Virus record (IMG/VR): IMGVR_UViG_2675903038_000001
Span: 1 to 64,000 of that record
Reading direction: 5' to 3' (one strand)
DNA: 64,000 bases
Source: a virus
Lineage: Duplodnaviria > Caudoviricetes
Below the pieces are notes generated by a model that was given only the letters and a program-made list of their open reading frames with translations, was not told where the DNA came from and did no database searches. The position numbers were made by a program, and so were the translations under genes. Below are positions 28,895 through 39,071 of the stretch, piece by piece. Position 1 is the first letter of the stretch; the number at the start of each line of letters is the position of its first letter.

Positions 28895-30589
28895 ATGTCA
28901 AAAAATAACCAGATTCTTCTGGAAGCAACTGTTGAACAAGAATTAGCGCATTATGAGGAAGACATTTCCTTAAGTGATTTCTTCGAATTTTATGCTTCAT
29001 TGCAAGTTTTAAAAGATTTTGAATTGAGCTTTGACGAAATAAACTCAGGAATATGTGGAAAAAGTCATGACGGAGGAACTGACTCCATTTACCTTTTTAC
29101 AAACGGCGAATTAGTAAAAGAAGATGAAAACATTAAAGATAAATATAAAAAAAATGTTGATATTGAATTCTTTTTAATTCAAGCCAAATATGAAAATTCA
29201 TTTAATGAAAATCCACTTATAAAACTAACAAAGCTTTGTAGAAATCTATTTGATCTTGATTTTGATCGTGCAAAATTTGAGGGAAGATACAATGACAAAG
29301 TTTTAGCTTCATTTGAATTATTCCGATCTACATATGTTGCTTTAATTACAAAAAAACCAAAATTAAAAATCATTGTTTATTACGTTTCTAAAGGAATTGA
29401 TATTCATCCCAATGTACAAATGCAAGCGGATGAACTCAAAAAGGATATAGTTGAGAAGCTTCCTGGTGCTTTCGTTGATGTAAACTTCATTGGCGCAGAT
29501 CAATTAATGAAGCTGACGCAAGAAAGAGTAAACGATGTTTTTAGGTTAAAAATTTCTGAAACTCCGCTTTCAACTAGTGAACAAGTATTTATAGTACTAA
29601 CCAATTTAGCTGAATACTATAAATTTATAACTGATGACAATGGCAAACTAATAAAGCATATATTTGAATCAAATGTACGTGATTATCAAGGTAAAAATAA
29701 CGTTAATAATGAAATACAAGATACTCTAGAAAACCCTGGTACAGAAGAATTCTGGTGGTTAAATAACGGTGTGACAATTTTAGCCAGTGAAGCATCTGCA
29801 CCAGGGGGTAAAGAATTAGTAATTCATAATCCTGAGATCGTTAATGGCCTGCAAACTTCCAATGAGATATTTAGGTTTTTCTCAAACAACAATCAAAATT
29901 TAGAAAATGAAAAAAGAGATGTACTGATTAGAGTTATCGTACCTGAAAATGAAGAAACTAGAGATAGGATTATACGTGCCACCAATAGTCAAACACCCAT
30001 TCCTAAAGCATCGTTAAGAGCTACAGATCAAATACATAGACAAATCGAAGAATATCTGAAGCCAAAAGGGCTCTTTTATGATAGGCGCAAGAATTATTAT
30101 AAAAACGAAGGAAAAAAACCTAAGGATATAGTTAGCATCCCTTTCATGTCGCAGTGTTTAATGTCCTCCCTTATGCAAAAGCCTGACTATGCTAGGGCAA
30201 GACCTTCGACTCTTTTAGAAGATGACGATTCATATAATAAGTTATTTCATGAAAATAATGACTTAAATACTTACTATTTGTTGGCATCATGGGGTAGACA
30301 AATTGAGGTAGAACTTAAATCTAGCAGACAATATGATCCAACAGAAATAAACGATATTAAGTTTTATGTTTTGTATGCAGTTACAGCACAGATTGTCTGT
30401 AATATTTATCCGACAAACAGTACAGTAGCCAAACTCGATATAAAGCAAGCAACTCCCAATCTTATCAATAATTCAATTGTTTTAGTATTTGATTTGTATA
30501 AAAAGCTTGGTGGTAATGATAAGGTTGCCAAAGGGATAAAATTAATTGAAGAATTAAAAGAAAAGCTAAGATCTATAATTGAAACATAA
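28895..30589 (+). CDS. AIPR-family protein
   Basis: DGGTD, IQAKY, FESNVRDYQG, FWWLNNGVTI, IVNGLQTS, ATNSQT; AT-rich. Confidence 0.88.
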   Translation: MSKNNQILLEATVEQELAHYEEDISLSDFFEFYASLQVLKDFELSFDEINSGICGKSHDGGTDSIYLFTNGELVKEDENIKDKYKKNVDIEFFLIQAKYENSFNENPLIKLTKLCRNLFDLDFDRAKFEGRYNDKVLASFELFRSTYVALITKKPKLKIIVYYVSKGIDIHPNVQMQADELKKDIVEKLPGAFVDVNFIGADQLMKLTQERVNDVFRLKISETPLSTSEQVFIVLTNLAEYYKFITDDNGKLIKHIFESNVRDYQGKNNVNNEIQDTLENPGTEEFWWLNNGVTILASEASAPGGKELVIHNPEIVNGLQTSNEIFRFFSNNNQNLENEKRDVLIRVIVPENEETRDRIIRATNSQTPIPKASLRATDQIHRQIEEYLKPKGLFYDRRKNYYKNEGKKPKDIVSIPFMSQCLMSSLMQKPDYARARPSTLLEDDDSYNKLFHENNDLNTYYLLASWGRQIEVELKSSRQYDPTEINDIKFYVLYAVTAQIVCNIYPTNSTVAKLDIKQATPNLINNSIVLVFDLYKKLGGNDKVAKGIKLIEELKEKLRSIIET

Positions 30590-30731
30590 AATACAGAAGA
30601 ATATATTTTCTTCTGGCAATCAGTTTTTACCTTTAAAGTAACACCGTTTTTTTCATGAAGAAAAGAAACTGTTAAACATTGAGTAGCAATTAGTTCTTCG
30701 TGTATCCTTAAACTCAAAGGAGATAGGGTTC

Positions 30732-31907
30732 ATGAATTTCGATTTATTACGTCCATTTGGTTTTTACGAATTCTTCGCTGGTGGCGGAATGGCTCGTCTT
30801 GGTCTTGGAGACGCTTGGGAGTGTCATTTCGCAAATGATTTTGACGGCAAAAAAACTGCCTCATATCGAATTAATTTCAACAGAGCACCTGAGCTCCTTA
30901 TTAGTGATGTAAGAAATATTACTGCCAGTCAGCTGCCTGGCAAAGCCACATTGTCTTGGGCCTCATTTCCATGCCAAGATCTTAGTTTAGCAGGTTCTGG
31001 GGCTGGTCTTGCTGGAGAACGCAGTGGAGTATTTTGGCCGTTCTGGAACTTAATGTTATCGCTCAAACGAGAGGGACGCAACCCTCCTATAATAGTATTA
31101 GAAAATGTAGCTGGCCTGATTACCTCGCACAATGGTCAGGACTTAGCCACTCTGATATCATCTTTGGCAAATGCGGATTATCGCGTTGGCGCAGTGCTGC
31201 TTGACGGAGCATATTTTGTCGCACAATCTCGTCCACGCTTATTTATCATTGCTGTCACCCGTGGTGTCGGGATTCCGAAATTTCTTAGTGGTCGAGTGCC
31301 TAATCCGACATGGCATCCGCAATCATTGCAAGATGTAGTCGAAGCTTTGCCGCATAAGTCTCGTAAAGCATGGGTATGGTGGAAGATGCCGATGCCAGAT
31401 CAAGAAGCCCCTCATCTTTCAGATATCATTGAAAATGAACCGCATGGCGTTAAATGGCATTCAGAATCAGAAACGTTAAAATTACTCAATATGATGTCAC
31501 CCGCAAACTTGGAAAAAGTGCACGAAGCACAGAAATCTAGTTCTCGCCAGGTTGGCACGATCTACAAACGTACAAGATTCGGCATACAACGCGCCGAGGT
31601 GCGCTTTGATGGTGTTAGCGGTTGCTTGCGTACACCTGCGGGTGGCTCAAGTCGTCAAATAATTATGGTTGTCGAAGGAAGGCATATTCGTTCACGGCTT
31701 ATTTCGCCACGGGAGACTGCTCGACTAATGGGCTTACCTGAAAGCTATATACTGCCGGAACGATATAATGATGCTTATCATCTAACTGGGGACGGTGTTG
31801 TTGTCCCCGTTGTAGCGTGGTTAGAGCAACATATAATTCGGCCTATTGCAATGTCAACATGCAAGGCCAAGGGACGCCAGCTCGTGTCGGAGGCAACGCT
31901 TGCCTAG
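30732..31907 (+). CDS. DNA cytosine-C5 methyltransferase
   Basis: EFFAGGG, FPCQDLS, LENV, QSRPR, RETARLMG. Confidence 0.92.
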   Translation: MNFDLLRPFGFYEFFAGGGMARLGLGDAWECHFANDFDGKKTASYRINFNRAPELLISDVRNITASQLPGKATLSWASFPCQDLSLAGSGAGLAGERSGVFWPFWNLMLSLKREGRNPPIIVLENVAGLITSHNGQDLATLISSLANADYRVGAVLLDGAYFVAQSRPRLFIIAVTRGVGIPKFLSGRVPNPTWHPQSLQDVVEALPHKSRKAWVWWKMPMPDQEAPHLSDIIENEPHGVKWHSESETLKLLNMMSPANLEKVHEAQKSSSRQVGTIYKRTRFGIQRAEVRFDGVSGCLRTPAGGSSRQIIMVVEGRHIRSRLISPRETARLMGLPESYILPERYNDAYHLTGDGVVVPVVAWLEQHIIRPIAMSTCKAKGRQLVSEATLA

Positions 31908-32769
31908 CCACCCAATAATACCTTGCTCACTTCGTGAAGATTGGGCGCAAATCGTTGATGAATACTCAGACGCCTTAAAAGCTGCTGCCCACACCATCGG
32001 TTCTCATGGGCTGGATCGTGAAGCTTTCGAGGAATCAGGATTGTTTAAAAGTGCCATCGAGAGAATTCGTGGACAGCAAGCCGCTACCACAAGTATCAAG
32101 TATGCATTCATTGAAGATACTCTTAAATTTTTACAAAGTAATGGCCTCATTCAACATTATGAATTTGTAGGTTCACGTGATCGCCATGATTTTGAGGTAC
32201 ATTTTGATGATGGCAGGCTTTGTTGCATAGAAGCAAAGGGCTGTCTTGACGGAAACAACACCAATATCTTTGTGAGACCGCAAAATGCTGATGAATTTAT
32301 CATTTGGTCACTTTGCCAAAACCCAGGCTCTGATCCTCGGCATAATGCGTGGAGTGGGATTCATACTCGACTAAGTGCAGAAATCGTAGCTCGTCGCGAA
32401 CGAGTGGACGGCCTCATTATTTGGGATATGTTATGTGGCACTTTAGCAAGACCTTGTCCAAAGTTGCAATCTTATCCAGATCGTTTCACTAATCTTTCAG
32501 GAAAGCATGTCCCACCGCCATGTATCTATCTATTTCCTCGTACTATACCCGATGCACGCAATAATCCAAATCCAACTCCCTGGAACTTGAGTGATATTCG
32601 ATTTTTGAAAATTCTTGCTAACGCATTTCACACGCTTAAAGATGATGCTGTGAAAGTCCGCATCGAAGTACGTATGCATGAAGCGGATATTCAACGTCGA
32701 ACAACCTACACAACAAACAACTCTCAGTTACATCAAAGCGGTTGGACTTCAATTCGAAGAGCACGATAA
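31846..32769 (+). CDS. Putative type II restriction endonuclease
   Basis: HDF..IEAKG PD-(D/E)XK-like motif between MTase and Vsr; start may be TTG 31900. Confidence 0.6.
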   Translation: MQCQHARPRDASSCRRQRLPSHPIIPCSLREDWAQIVDEYSDALKAAAHTIGSHGLDREAFEESGLFKSAIERIRGQQAATTSIKYAFIEDTLKFLQSNGLIQHYEFVGSRDRHDFEVHFDDGRLCCIEAKGCLDGNNTNIFVRPQNADEFIIWSLCQNPGSDPRHNAWSGIHTRLSAEIVARRERVDGLIIWDMLCGTLARPCPKLQSYPDRFTNLSGKHVPPPCIYLFPRTIPDARNNPNPTPWNLSDIRFLKILANAFHTLKDDAVKVRIEVRMHEADIQRRTTYTTNNSQLHQSGWTSIRRAR

Positions 32770-32774
32770 ATATT

Positions 32775-33188
32775 GTGGATAACCTAAGCCCCGAACAACG
32801 TCGTAGAACTATGGCGGCAGTCAAGAGCCGAGACACGGGCCTAGAAATCATAGTCAGAAGACTGCTGCACGCATCTGGGTTTCGTTTCCGACTGCATCGA
32901 AAAGACCTCCCAGGCAAACCTGATATTGTGCTGCCTAAATATCGAACAGTTATTTTGGTTCATGGCTGTTTTTGGCATCAACATCCAGAATGCAAATATT
33001 CTTCAATACCCGCTACTCGACAAGACTATTGGCAAGCTAAACTAAATCGCAATGTTTTACGAGATCAGAAAAATACCCTCGAGCTAACCGCACTCGGCTG
33101 GAAAGTTTTTATAATTTGGGAATGTGAGATTAAAGATAAAATGACATTTTCAGAAAAGATTCACCAGCTTCTATCTTTGCGGCATTAA
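32775..33188 (+). CDS. vsr: Very-short-patch repair endonuclease
   Basis: MAAVKSRDT, LPGKPDIV, HGCFWH, LGWKVFIIWEC. Confidence 0.93.
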   Translation: MDNLSPEQRRRTMAAVKSRDTGLEIIVRRLLHASGFRFRLHRKDLPGKPDIVLPKYRTVILVHGCFWHQHPECKYSSIPATRQDYWQAKLNRNVLRDQKNTLELTALGWKVFIIWECEIKDKMTFSEKIHQLLSLRH

Positions 33189-33307
33189 AACAGCTAATTT
33201 GATAACCCTTTAAAACCCACATAACCTTTTAACCCCATCCGCCCAAACCCCACCTGCGGTCTTCCTTCCGCCTTATTCCGCCCAATGTCTTCCGCCATCA
33301 TGGCGGT

Positions 33308-33440
33308 ATGACACGACAAATCAAAAGCATCATCATTCACTGCACAGCCACGCCCAATGGCAAGCACTTTTCTGTCAACAATATCGATCGCTGGCACCGA
33401 GAGTGTGGATTTAATTGTTCTGCTGAATTGAAGCAGCATC
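33308..33440 (+). pseudogene. Truncated N-acetylmuramoyl-L-alanine amidase
   Basis: IIIHCTAT...IDRWHRECGF then similarity lost; upstream TTCCGCC repeats. Confidence 0.7.
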
Positions 33441-33478
33441 AAAGATGCCATATCCGGCTGATCCTGCATCCCCGGCAG

Positions 33479-33495
33479 TGTCGTGATGCTACTTT
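33479..33495 (+). promoter_or_regulatory. Late-promoter motif (portal)
   Basis: TGTCGTGA-tgc-TACTTT, 5 nt to ATG. Confidence 0.65.
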
Positions 33496-33500
33496 AGCGC

Positions 33501-35249
33501 ATGAACGACATTCCCTCATACGTAGCCTTCGACGATAATGCGCCACAAGATGAGCGCTATGACGCCCATGCAGAGTTACAAAAAAGTGCATTATCAGAAT
33601 TAATTCCGCGCCCTGAGATACAGCCGGTCATTGACTATATTCTTGATGACTTGGCTGAACAGGAAATGAGAAAGGCTTTAGCGAAGCCGAATATCATTCC
33701 TTTCCCTTCTAAAGCAGTCAAGAATAAGCAACCTGGCATGCAATCCGTGTATCTGGATGATATGCAGGTATCGGTCATGGGGCACTACTACGATAAGCCT
33801 GGCGTGTTCAGCTTCGACTCCATGCGTGCCATGGTCGAACAGACGCCGATACTCAATTCCGTAATCATGACACGTATCCGCCAGGTTCAGCGGTTCTGCA
33901 GGATACAGGAATCCGGTCGCGGGCCTGGCTTCGAGATCAAGCTCAAAGACCGTGAGGCAGAGGTAACGGATACCAACCGTCAATCCATCCAATTGATGCA
34001 GGATTTCATGCTTAACTGCGGGTGGGAAGCAAAACCACGCCAAAGAATGCGACTTAAGCGCGATGATTTTCCGTCATTCGTGGCCAAGCTGGCCCGGGAT
34101 AGTCTCACCATGGATTCAATGGCTATCGAGACAGAATACAAGCGTGACAGAAAGCTTGGGATGGATGGATTGTATGCCGTGGATGGTTCCACGATCAGGC
34201 TTTGCACGGAAGATGGTTATGAGGGAGATGACGAGATATTCGCGCTGCAGGTGGTGCAGGGGCGCATCCGTACTGCCTATACCTATGACGATCTGATCTA
34301 TGTGCCGCGCAATCCGCGTACGGATGTATTAACTGGTGGTTATGGTCTGGCTGAGACCGAGTTATTGATTCGCGTGGTCACCGGCTTCCTGAATGCCATG
34401 ACCTACAATCAAAAATACTTCGATAGTAACGCGATTCCCAAAGGGCTGTTGCACTTATCCGGAAATTATTCCGAGAAAGACCTGTCGGCATTCAAGCGCT
34501 ACTGGAATGCAATGGTGAAGGGTGTCAACAATGCCTGGACGTTGCCGGTCATGGTATCCAAGGATCAGGAATCCCGCGCGGCCTTTGAGCGCTTTGGTGT
34601 CGATGTCGATGAGATGATGTTCTCGAAATGGATGACGTTCCTGGCATCGATCATCTGTGCCATTTACGGCATTTCTCCTGATGAGATTAACTTTGAGAGT
34701 TTTAGCGCCAGTAAATCATCCCTTTCTGGTTCGGATACATCGGAGAAGCTGGCAAATTCAAAAGACAGCGGCTTACGCCCACTTCTGACTTATCTGGAAA
34801 ATATTTTCTCGGATTTCATTATTCAGGATTTCAGCGAGCAATATGTGTTTCGCTGGACAGGGCTCGATGAGGAAGACGAAGAAAAGCGCCATGAAATTCG
34901 CAAGCTGGTACTCAAGGTCAATGAAATACGCGCCCAAGAAGGTTATGACAAGCTAAATGACAAATGGGGTGAGGCCCCTGTCAATCCTGCCTTACTTGGC
35001 GCTTGGCAGTCCGAACAGCAACAGAATGATCAAGATTTTGGTAACCCGAACGAGCAAGGCGGCAATCCTGAAGGTGACGAGAATCATGGACAGTCCGATT
35101 TTGGAGATCCCGGAAAAGACGGCGCAGGGGATCAGGAAGATGCTGATTTTGGAGAGCCTGGTGAGGAAGACGGTGATGATGACAATGATTCTGATGATGA
35201 GAATCTAGGAAAGTCATTCGGCCTTCCGGTTTACACGTTCGAGGTCTGA
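33501..35249 (+). CDS. Portal protein
   Basis: GYGLAETE, NQKYFDSNAIPKG, ICAIYGISPDEI, LRPLL, VNEIRAQEG; acidic tail. Confidence 0.9.
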   Translation: MNDIPSYVAFDDNAPQDERYDAHAELQKSALSELIPRPEIQPVIDYILDDLAEQEMRKALAKPNIIPFPSKAVKNKQPGMQSVYLDDMQVSVMGHYYDKPGVFSFDSMRAMVEQTPILNSVIMTRIRQVQRFCRIQESGRGPGFEIKLKDREAEVTDTNRQSIQLMQDFMLNCGWEAKPRQRMRLKRDDFPSFVAKLARDSLTMDSMAIETEYKRDRKLGMDGLYAVDGSTIRLCTEDGYEGDDEIFALQVVQGRIRTAYTYDDLIYVPRNPRTDVLTGGYGLAETELLIRVVTGFLNAMTYNQKYFDSNAIPKGLLHLSGNYSEKDLSAFKRYWNAMVKGVNNAWTLPVMVSKDQESRAAFERFGVDVDEMMFSKWMTFLASIICAIYGISPDEINFESFSASKSSLSGSDTSEKLANSKDSGLRPLLTYLENIFSDFIIQDFSEQYVFRWTGLDEEDEEKRHEIRKLVLKVNEIRAQEGYDKLNDKWGEAPVNPALLGAWQSEQQQNDQDFGNPNEQGGNPEGDENHGQSDFGDPGKDGAGDQEDADFGEPGEEDGDDDNDSDDENLGKSFGLPVYTFEV

Positions 35250-35251
35250 TC

Positions 35252-36835
35252 TTGGACAAGGTATCCCGCGCAGTAGTAGGTGACGAAATATATTTCCACC
35301 ATAAAGATGACCCGTGCTGTGGAAAGGTGCTGTCTGTCGGGAAACATGGTGTGACGGTAGATCATGAAGGAAAACGTCAGAGTGTCACATGGGAACGTGT
35401 GCTAGGCCATAAGAAGCGAATATCACAAAAACTAAAAATAATACATGAAGGTGATGACGGCATGATTGTCGAGGATCCTGCGGGGAAAAGACGGTTTGTG
35501 CACATTCCACCGGAAGCGAAAGAGGATCAATACATGGTTAAAGCATTGGCTGATAAACGGCTATTGTTGTTTACAAAGTCAGAGAAGATCGCTAATCGTG
35601 CAGGCCTTCACTTGGAAAACAGGACGGACCGTACAGGACGAAATCAAAAAAAATGGGTACGAAGTAATCCTGAAATCACCGCAGGTAATAAACGATCAAA
35701 AGCAAAAGACCCTGACCCAAAGGATAGGCGTGGATCAACGGCAGGATATGGTATCCATAATATTGAGGCTGTTGACAGAATTCAATTTAAATTAGGAGAG
35801 CTTACCGGAGAGGGTGAGGTCGTTGGCAATCCTGGTAAAGATGGTGCTCATGTCAAGGATTCAAGCGGTCATATTCATCAGGTGCGCTGGGATCAGGTAA
35901 CAGGGCACAAAGCAGGTCCAAGTACGAAGAAGCCAGAGCACGAGAGACCGGTTCTAGGCAAGCAGGAGCCTATTCATCCTGATAATTTTAATGCGTCAGA
36001 ATACGCAAAAACTCATGATAAAGCTGATGTGACTCCAGAAGAAATTCTTTACCACTTCCCAGAGGATACTACAGATAAAATTACGAACGTTCGTGATCGA
36101 CTGAGATCGGTTGAGCAGACAATTGATAAGTACAGGCAGGACGGCAAGTATGAAGATGCACGTAAAGCATTGCATCATCAGATTGTCCGTAAAATTATGT
36201 CACCCGAGAAAATTAAGGATGCTACGCCATTTGATGGTGAGAAACCTGTATTTATCATTTTGGGAGGTCGTGGAGGATCAGGCAAGTCATGGTTTGAAGG
36301 AAATGTTTACGATCCATCTAAATTTATCGTGTTGGATGCTGATCATATAAAAGGCATGCTTCCTGAATATGAGGGTTGGAATGCACACCAGGTTCATGAA
36401 GAATCCGGTGATATATTCGATGAATTGGTTAAGACTGCACGTTTCCTTGGCTTGAACGTAGTTCTTGATAAAACTATGAAAACCGCCAAGAGCTCAATTG
36501 CAGACGTTCATGCGTTTAAGGATGCCGGATACCGAACGGAGGCACATTATATGCATTTGCCGCGCCAAGAAGCAGCCAAGAGAGCGGTGGCTAGGTTTCT
36601 TGGAAAAACCAAGAGATTTGTGCCGCCAGAGGTAGTATTGAGCAATACGACCAATGAGCATAGCTTTGATCAAGTCAAACATTTAGTAGATGACTGGAGT
36701 TTCCGTGATAATAACGTACAGCAAGGTCAGCAGCCTATTTTGATCTCAATGAAGAAGGCCATTGCGAAATTGACGAAGGCAATTAGTGAGAGGATAATTG
36801 TATTTTGGAGGTGCAACGATGGAAAAACACAATGA
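35252..36835 (+). CDS. Zeta-toxin-like P-loop kinase, multi-module
   Basis: LGGRGGSGKS, LDADHIK, HEES, VVLDKT, RAVARF. Confidence 0.8.
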   Translation: MDKVSRAVVGDEIYFHHKDDPCCGKVLSVGKHGVTVDHEGKRQSVTWERVLGHKKRISQKLKIIHEGDDGMIVEDPAGKRRFVHIPPEAKEDQYMVKALADKRLLLFTKSEKIANRAGLHLENRTDRTGRNQKKWVRSNPEITAGNKRSKAKDPDPKDRRGSTAGYGIHNIEAVDRIQFKLGELTGEGEVVGNPGKDGAHVKDSSGHIHQVRWDQVTGHKAGPSTKKPEHERPVLGKQEPIHPDNFNASEYAKTHDKADVTPEEILYHFPEDTTDKITNVRDRLRSVEQTIDKYRQDGKYEDARKALHHQIVRKIMSPEKIKDATPFDGEKPVFIILGGRGGSGKSWFEGNVYDPSKFIVLDADHIKGMLPEYEGWNAHQVHEESGDIFDELVKTARFLGLNVVLDKTMKTAKSSIADVHAFKDAGYRTEAHYMHLPRQEAAKRAVARFLGKTKRFVPPEVVLSNTTNEHSFDQVKHLVDDWSFRDNNVQQGQQPILISMKKAIAKLTKAISERIIVFWRCNDGKTQ

Positions 36836-37013
36836 AGTGAATGTGAAAAAGCCCATTCCAGGACCTGATGAAAGGCCAGACCTGTACGATGCCTATGATG
36901 GTATTGATAGACCAGAGGGATATAAAACAGGTGTAGAGATGCCTGATTATATCCAGAAGATGATTGAAGAACGGAAGGCTAAACAGCAACAGCCAGCAGT
37001 AACTAATCATTAA
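36819..37013 (+). CDS. Small protein, candidate antitoxin
   Basis: GGAGGTG SD; overlaps kinase stop. Confidence 0.55.
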   Translation: MEKHNEVNVKKPIPGPDERPDLYDAYDGIDRPEGYKTGVEMPDYIQKMIEERKAKQQQPAVTNH

Positions 37014-37040
37014 ATCAAATCTGGAAGAAGGGGGAAAAGA

Positions 37041-37622
37041 ATGGAGCAAGTTATCCCATTCTTCAAGTCGCACATTAGCGGCTACACCCGAGGTAATACC
37101 TACGTTCATGACCATTACCGTCGAGCTGCAAAATTTGCGGCTGCCAAGCATAAAGGCCAAACCCGCAAGGATGGCAAAACACCCTACATAACACACCCAG
37201 TCCAGGTGGCATCTATTCTGAGTAGAGAGGCCAAAGTAACCGATCCGGTTATCCTGTTAAGCGCATTACTACATGACACACTGGAAGATACCGACACCAG
37301 CTACGAGGAATTGGAAGCAGAGTTCGGCAACGAGGTTGCCAATCTGGTGCTGGAAGTAACCAATAATCCAAACCTATCCAAGCTGGACAGCAAAACAGCA
37401 CAAATTGCCAAGCCGTGGTCTCCAAAGGCTATCAGACTCAAGATGGCCGACAAGACGGCTAACCTGCGCGATCTGGTCAATGCTCCACCAGTTGGAATGT
37501 CAAAAGACAAAAAGATTGAATACGCCAATCATGCCAGAAAGGTGATTGAAGGCATGAGAGAGCATCCAGAAGCGTTAAAACGATTATTCGATCTAGCCTA
37601 CCAAATAGTTCTCAGTCACTAA
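37041..37622 (+). CDS. Mesh1/SpoT-like HD hydrolase
   Basis: HKGQTRK..PYITHP, LLHDTLEDT, KMADKTANLRD. Confidence 0.88.
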   Translation: MEQVIPFFKSHISGYTRGNTYVHDHYRRAAKFAAAKHKGQTRKDGKTPYITHPVQVASILSREAKVTDPVILLSALLHDTLEDTDTSYEELEAEFGNEVANLVLEVTNNPNLSKLDSKTAQIAKPWSPKAIRLKMADKTANLRDLVNAPPVGMSKDKKIEYANHARKVIEGMREHPEALKRLFDLAYQIVLSH

Positions 37623-37886
37623 ACTGCTTCATTCCATAGCGGTATGGTGTCGTAACGTACCATAATTATCTTCGACAACCTGGGCAAAACTTTTTGCTGC
37701 TAAGTATTGTCTTATTAATTACTCCGAGCGTGTGTGTGGGGTGCTTCAAAAAACATCACGCAGCTGGTGAGCAGATCTCCTTTTGCAGAGTTACCCATCC
37801 TCTGTTTCTTGCGTGAGCCAGTCGATTCCGTGCGTTAGTCGGCGATTCTATTTTTGCAAGCTGAGAAACCGGCTGCAACTATTGTA

Positions 37887-37903
37887 TGTCGTGACCTGAC
37901 AAT
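37887..37903 (+). promoter_or_regulatory. Late-promoter motif (MuF)
   Basis: TGTCGTGA-cct-GACAAT, 7 nt to ATG 37911. Confidence 0.65.
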
Positions 37904-37910
37904 ATGTGTC

Positions 37911-39071
37911 ATGACAACGCTTCTAATCGATATAGGCCCATTGAGCGAACATCAATCAGATGAAGCGCTAGAGGCAATCTACAAATCAGTCCACGATCAT
38001 GGCGGTGATGATTCTATCTGGAATCCGCATGAATCCCCATATATCAGACGATTAATCGAGTTATTTACCGAACGAGGATTAACTCGTCTCGAAAAGGTAA
38101 GGACAGAGTTAACTGCGTGGGCTAAAGGTGAAAAACACCGTAAAGATAGTCCTGTTCCAAGGCCGGAGGGCATGATACGCCGGTGGGACAAAGGCGAGCT
38201 TGCATTGGTCAAGCTCTATCTTGAAGCCTTGCCACCGGAGCAATTCACCCTGGATGATTGGGGAATGGTCGTTGATTTTTTGGTGCAGCGTTATCTGCCG
38301 GAAGATGAATTGCGTACCGAAGCAGAATGGCTGGCAACGCGATCAGGATTAATGGGCAAGGTGCAAGCAAACATGCAAAAGTCACCAAACTTGAAGCAGG
38401 CAGACAGGTTGCTGGCAGCTATGCCCAATACCGTCAAGGGTGCGTCCAAGCAATTCAAACTATCATCCGTGCAACATGCGGTACTGGACTTTGGGCGTGC
38501 GCGTGCAGCCGAAGCAGTGACAAGGCTATCTGACAACGTGCGTCACAAAATGCGTGATGTGATCATGCAGCATGAAGAACAGAAGATGCTCAATGGTGGA
38601 GCAGCTACGCCGGGGTCAGCCCTAAAAACGCGATTGTTAGATGAATTTGCCGTATTGAACAGAGATTGGCGGCGTATTGCGTTGACAGAAGCAGGAGAGG
38701 TCGCAAATCAAGGATTTATTGCTTCATTGTCTCCTGGCGCCAAGGTAAAAAGAATTGAGCAGTATCGTGGAGCATGTCCATTTTGCCGGAAGATAGACGG
38801 TGTAGTAATGGAAGTGGTTCCAGCTAGCAAGGATGATAAAGACCCGGATAAGATGATTTGGGTAGGAAAAAACAATGTAGAGCGATCAGGTTCCCCGCGT
38901 AAACGTGTAGGAGGCGAGTTGGTGGAGCGTTTGCCTGAAGAGCAGTGGTGGGTGCCTGCAGGTGTAGCGCATCCAATGTGCCGTGGTCAATGGATAAAAT
39001 TATCCGAATCCAGAGCGGATGATGATCCTGATTTTGCTGAATGGTTGAAAAATACACTGGAGAAGAAATGA
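37911..39071 (+). CDS. MuF/SPP1 gp7-like head morphogenesis protein
   Basis: RRIALTE, ACPFC..DG, HPMCRG. Confidence 0.8.
   Translation: MTTLLIDIGPLSEHQSDEALEAIYKSVHDHGGDDSIWNPHESPYIRRLIELFTERGLTRLEKVRTELTAWAKGEKHRKDSPVPRPEGMIRRWDKGELALVKLYLEALPPEQFTLDDWGMVVDFLVQRYLPEDELRTEAEWLATRSGLMGKVQANMQKSPNLKQADRLLAAMPNTVKGASKQFKLSSVQHAVLDFGRARAAEAVTRLSDNVRHKMRDVIMQHEEQKMLNGGAATPGSALKTRLLDEFAVLNRDWRRIALTEAGEVANQGFIASLSPGAKVKRIEQYRGACPFCRKIDGVVMEVVPASKDDKDPDKMIWVGKNNVERSGSPRKRVGGELVERLPEEQWWVPAGVAHPMCRGQWIKLSESRADDDPDFAEWLKNTLEKK

Noticed and set aside
28663-28908. 81-aa ORF and AGTAGACG/CGTCTACT stem before AIPR
   Set aside because: No recognisable motif, SD or complete attC/RNA structure
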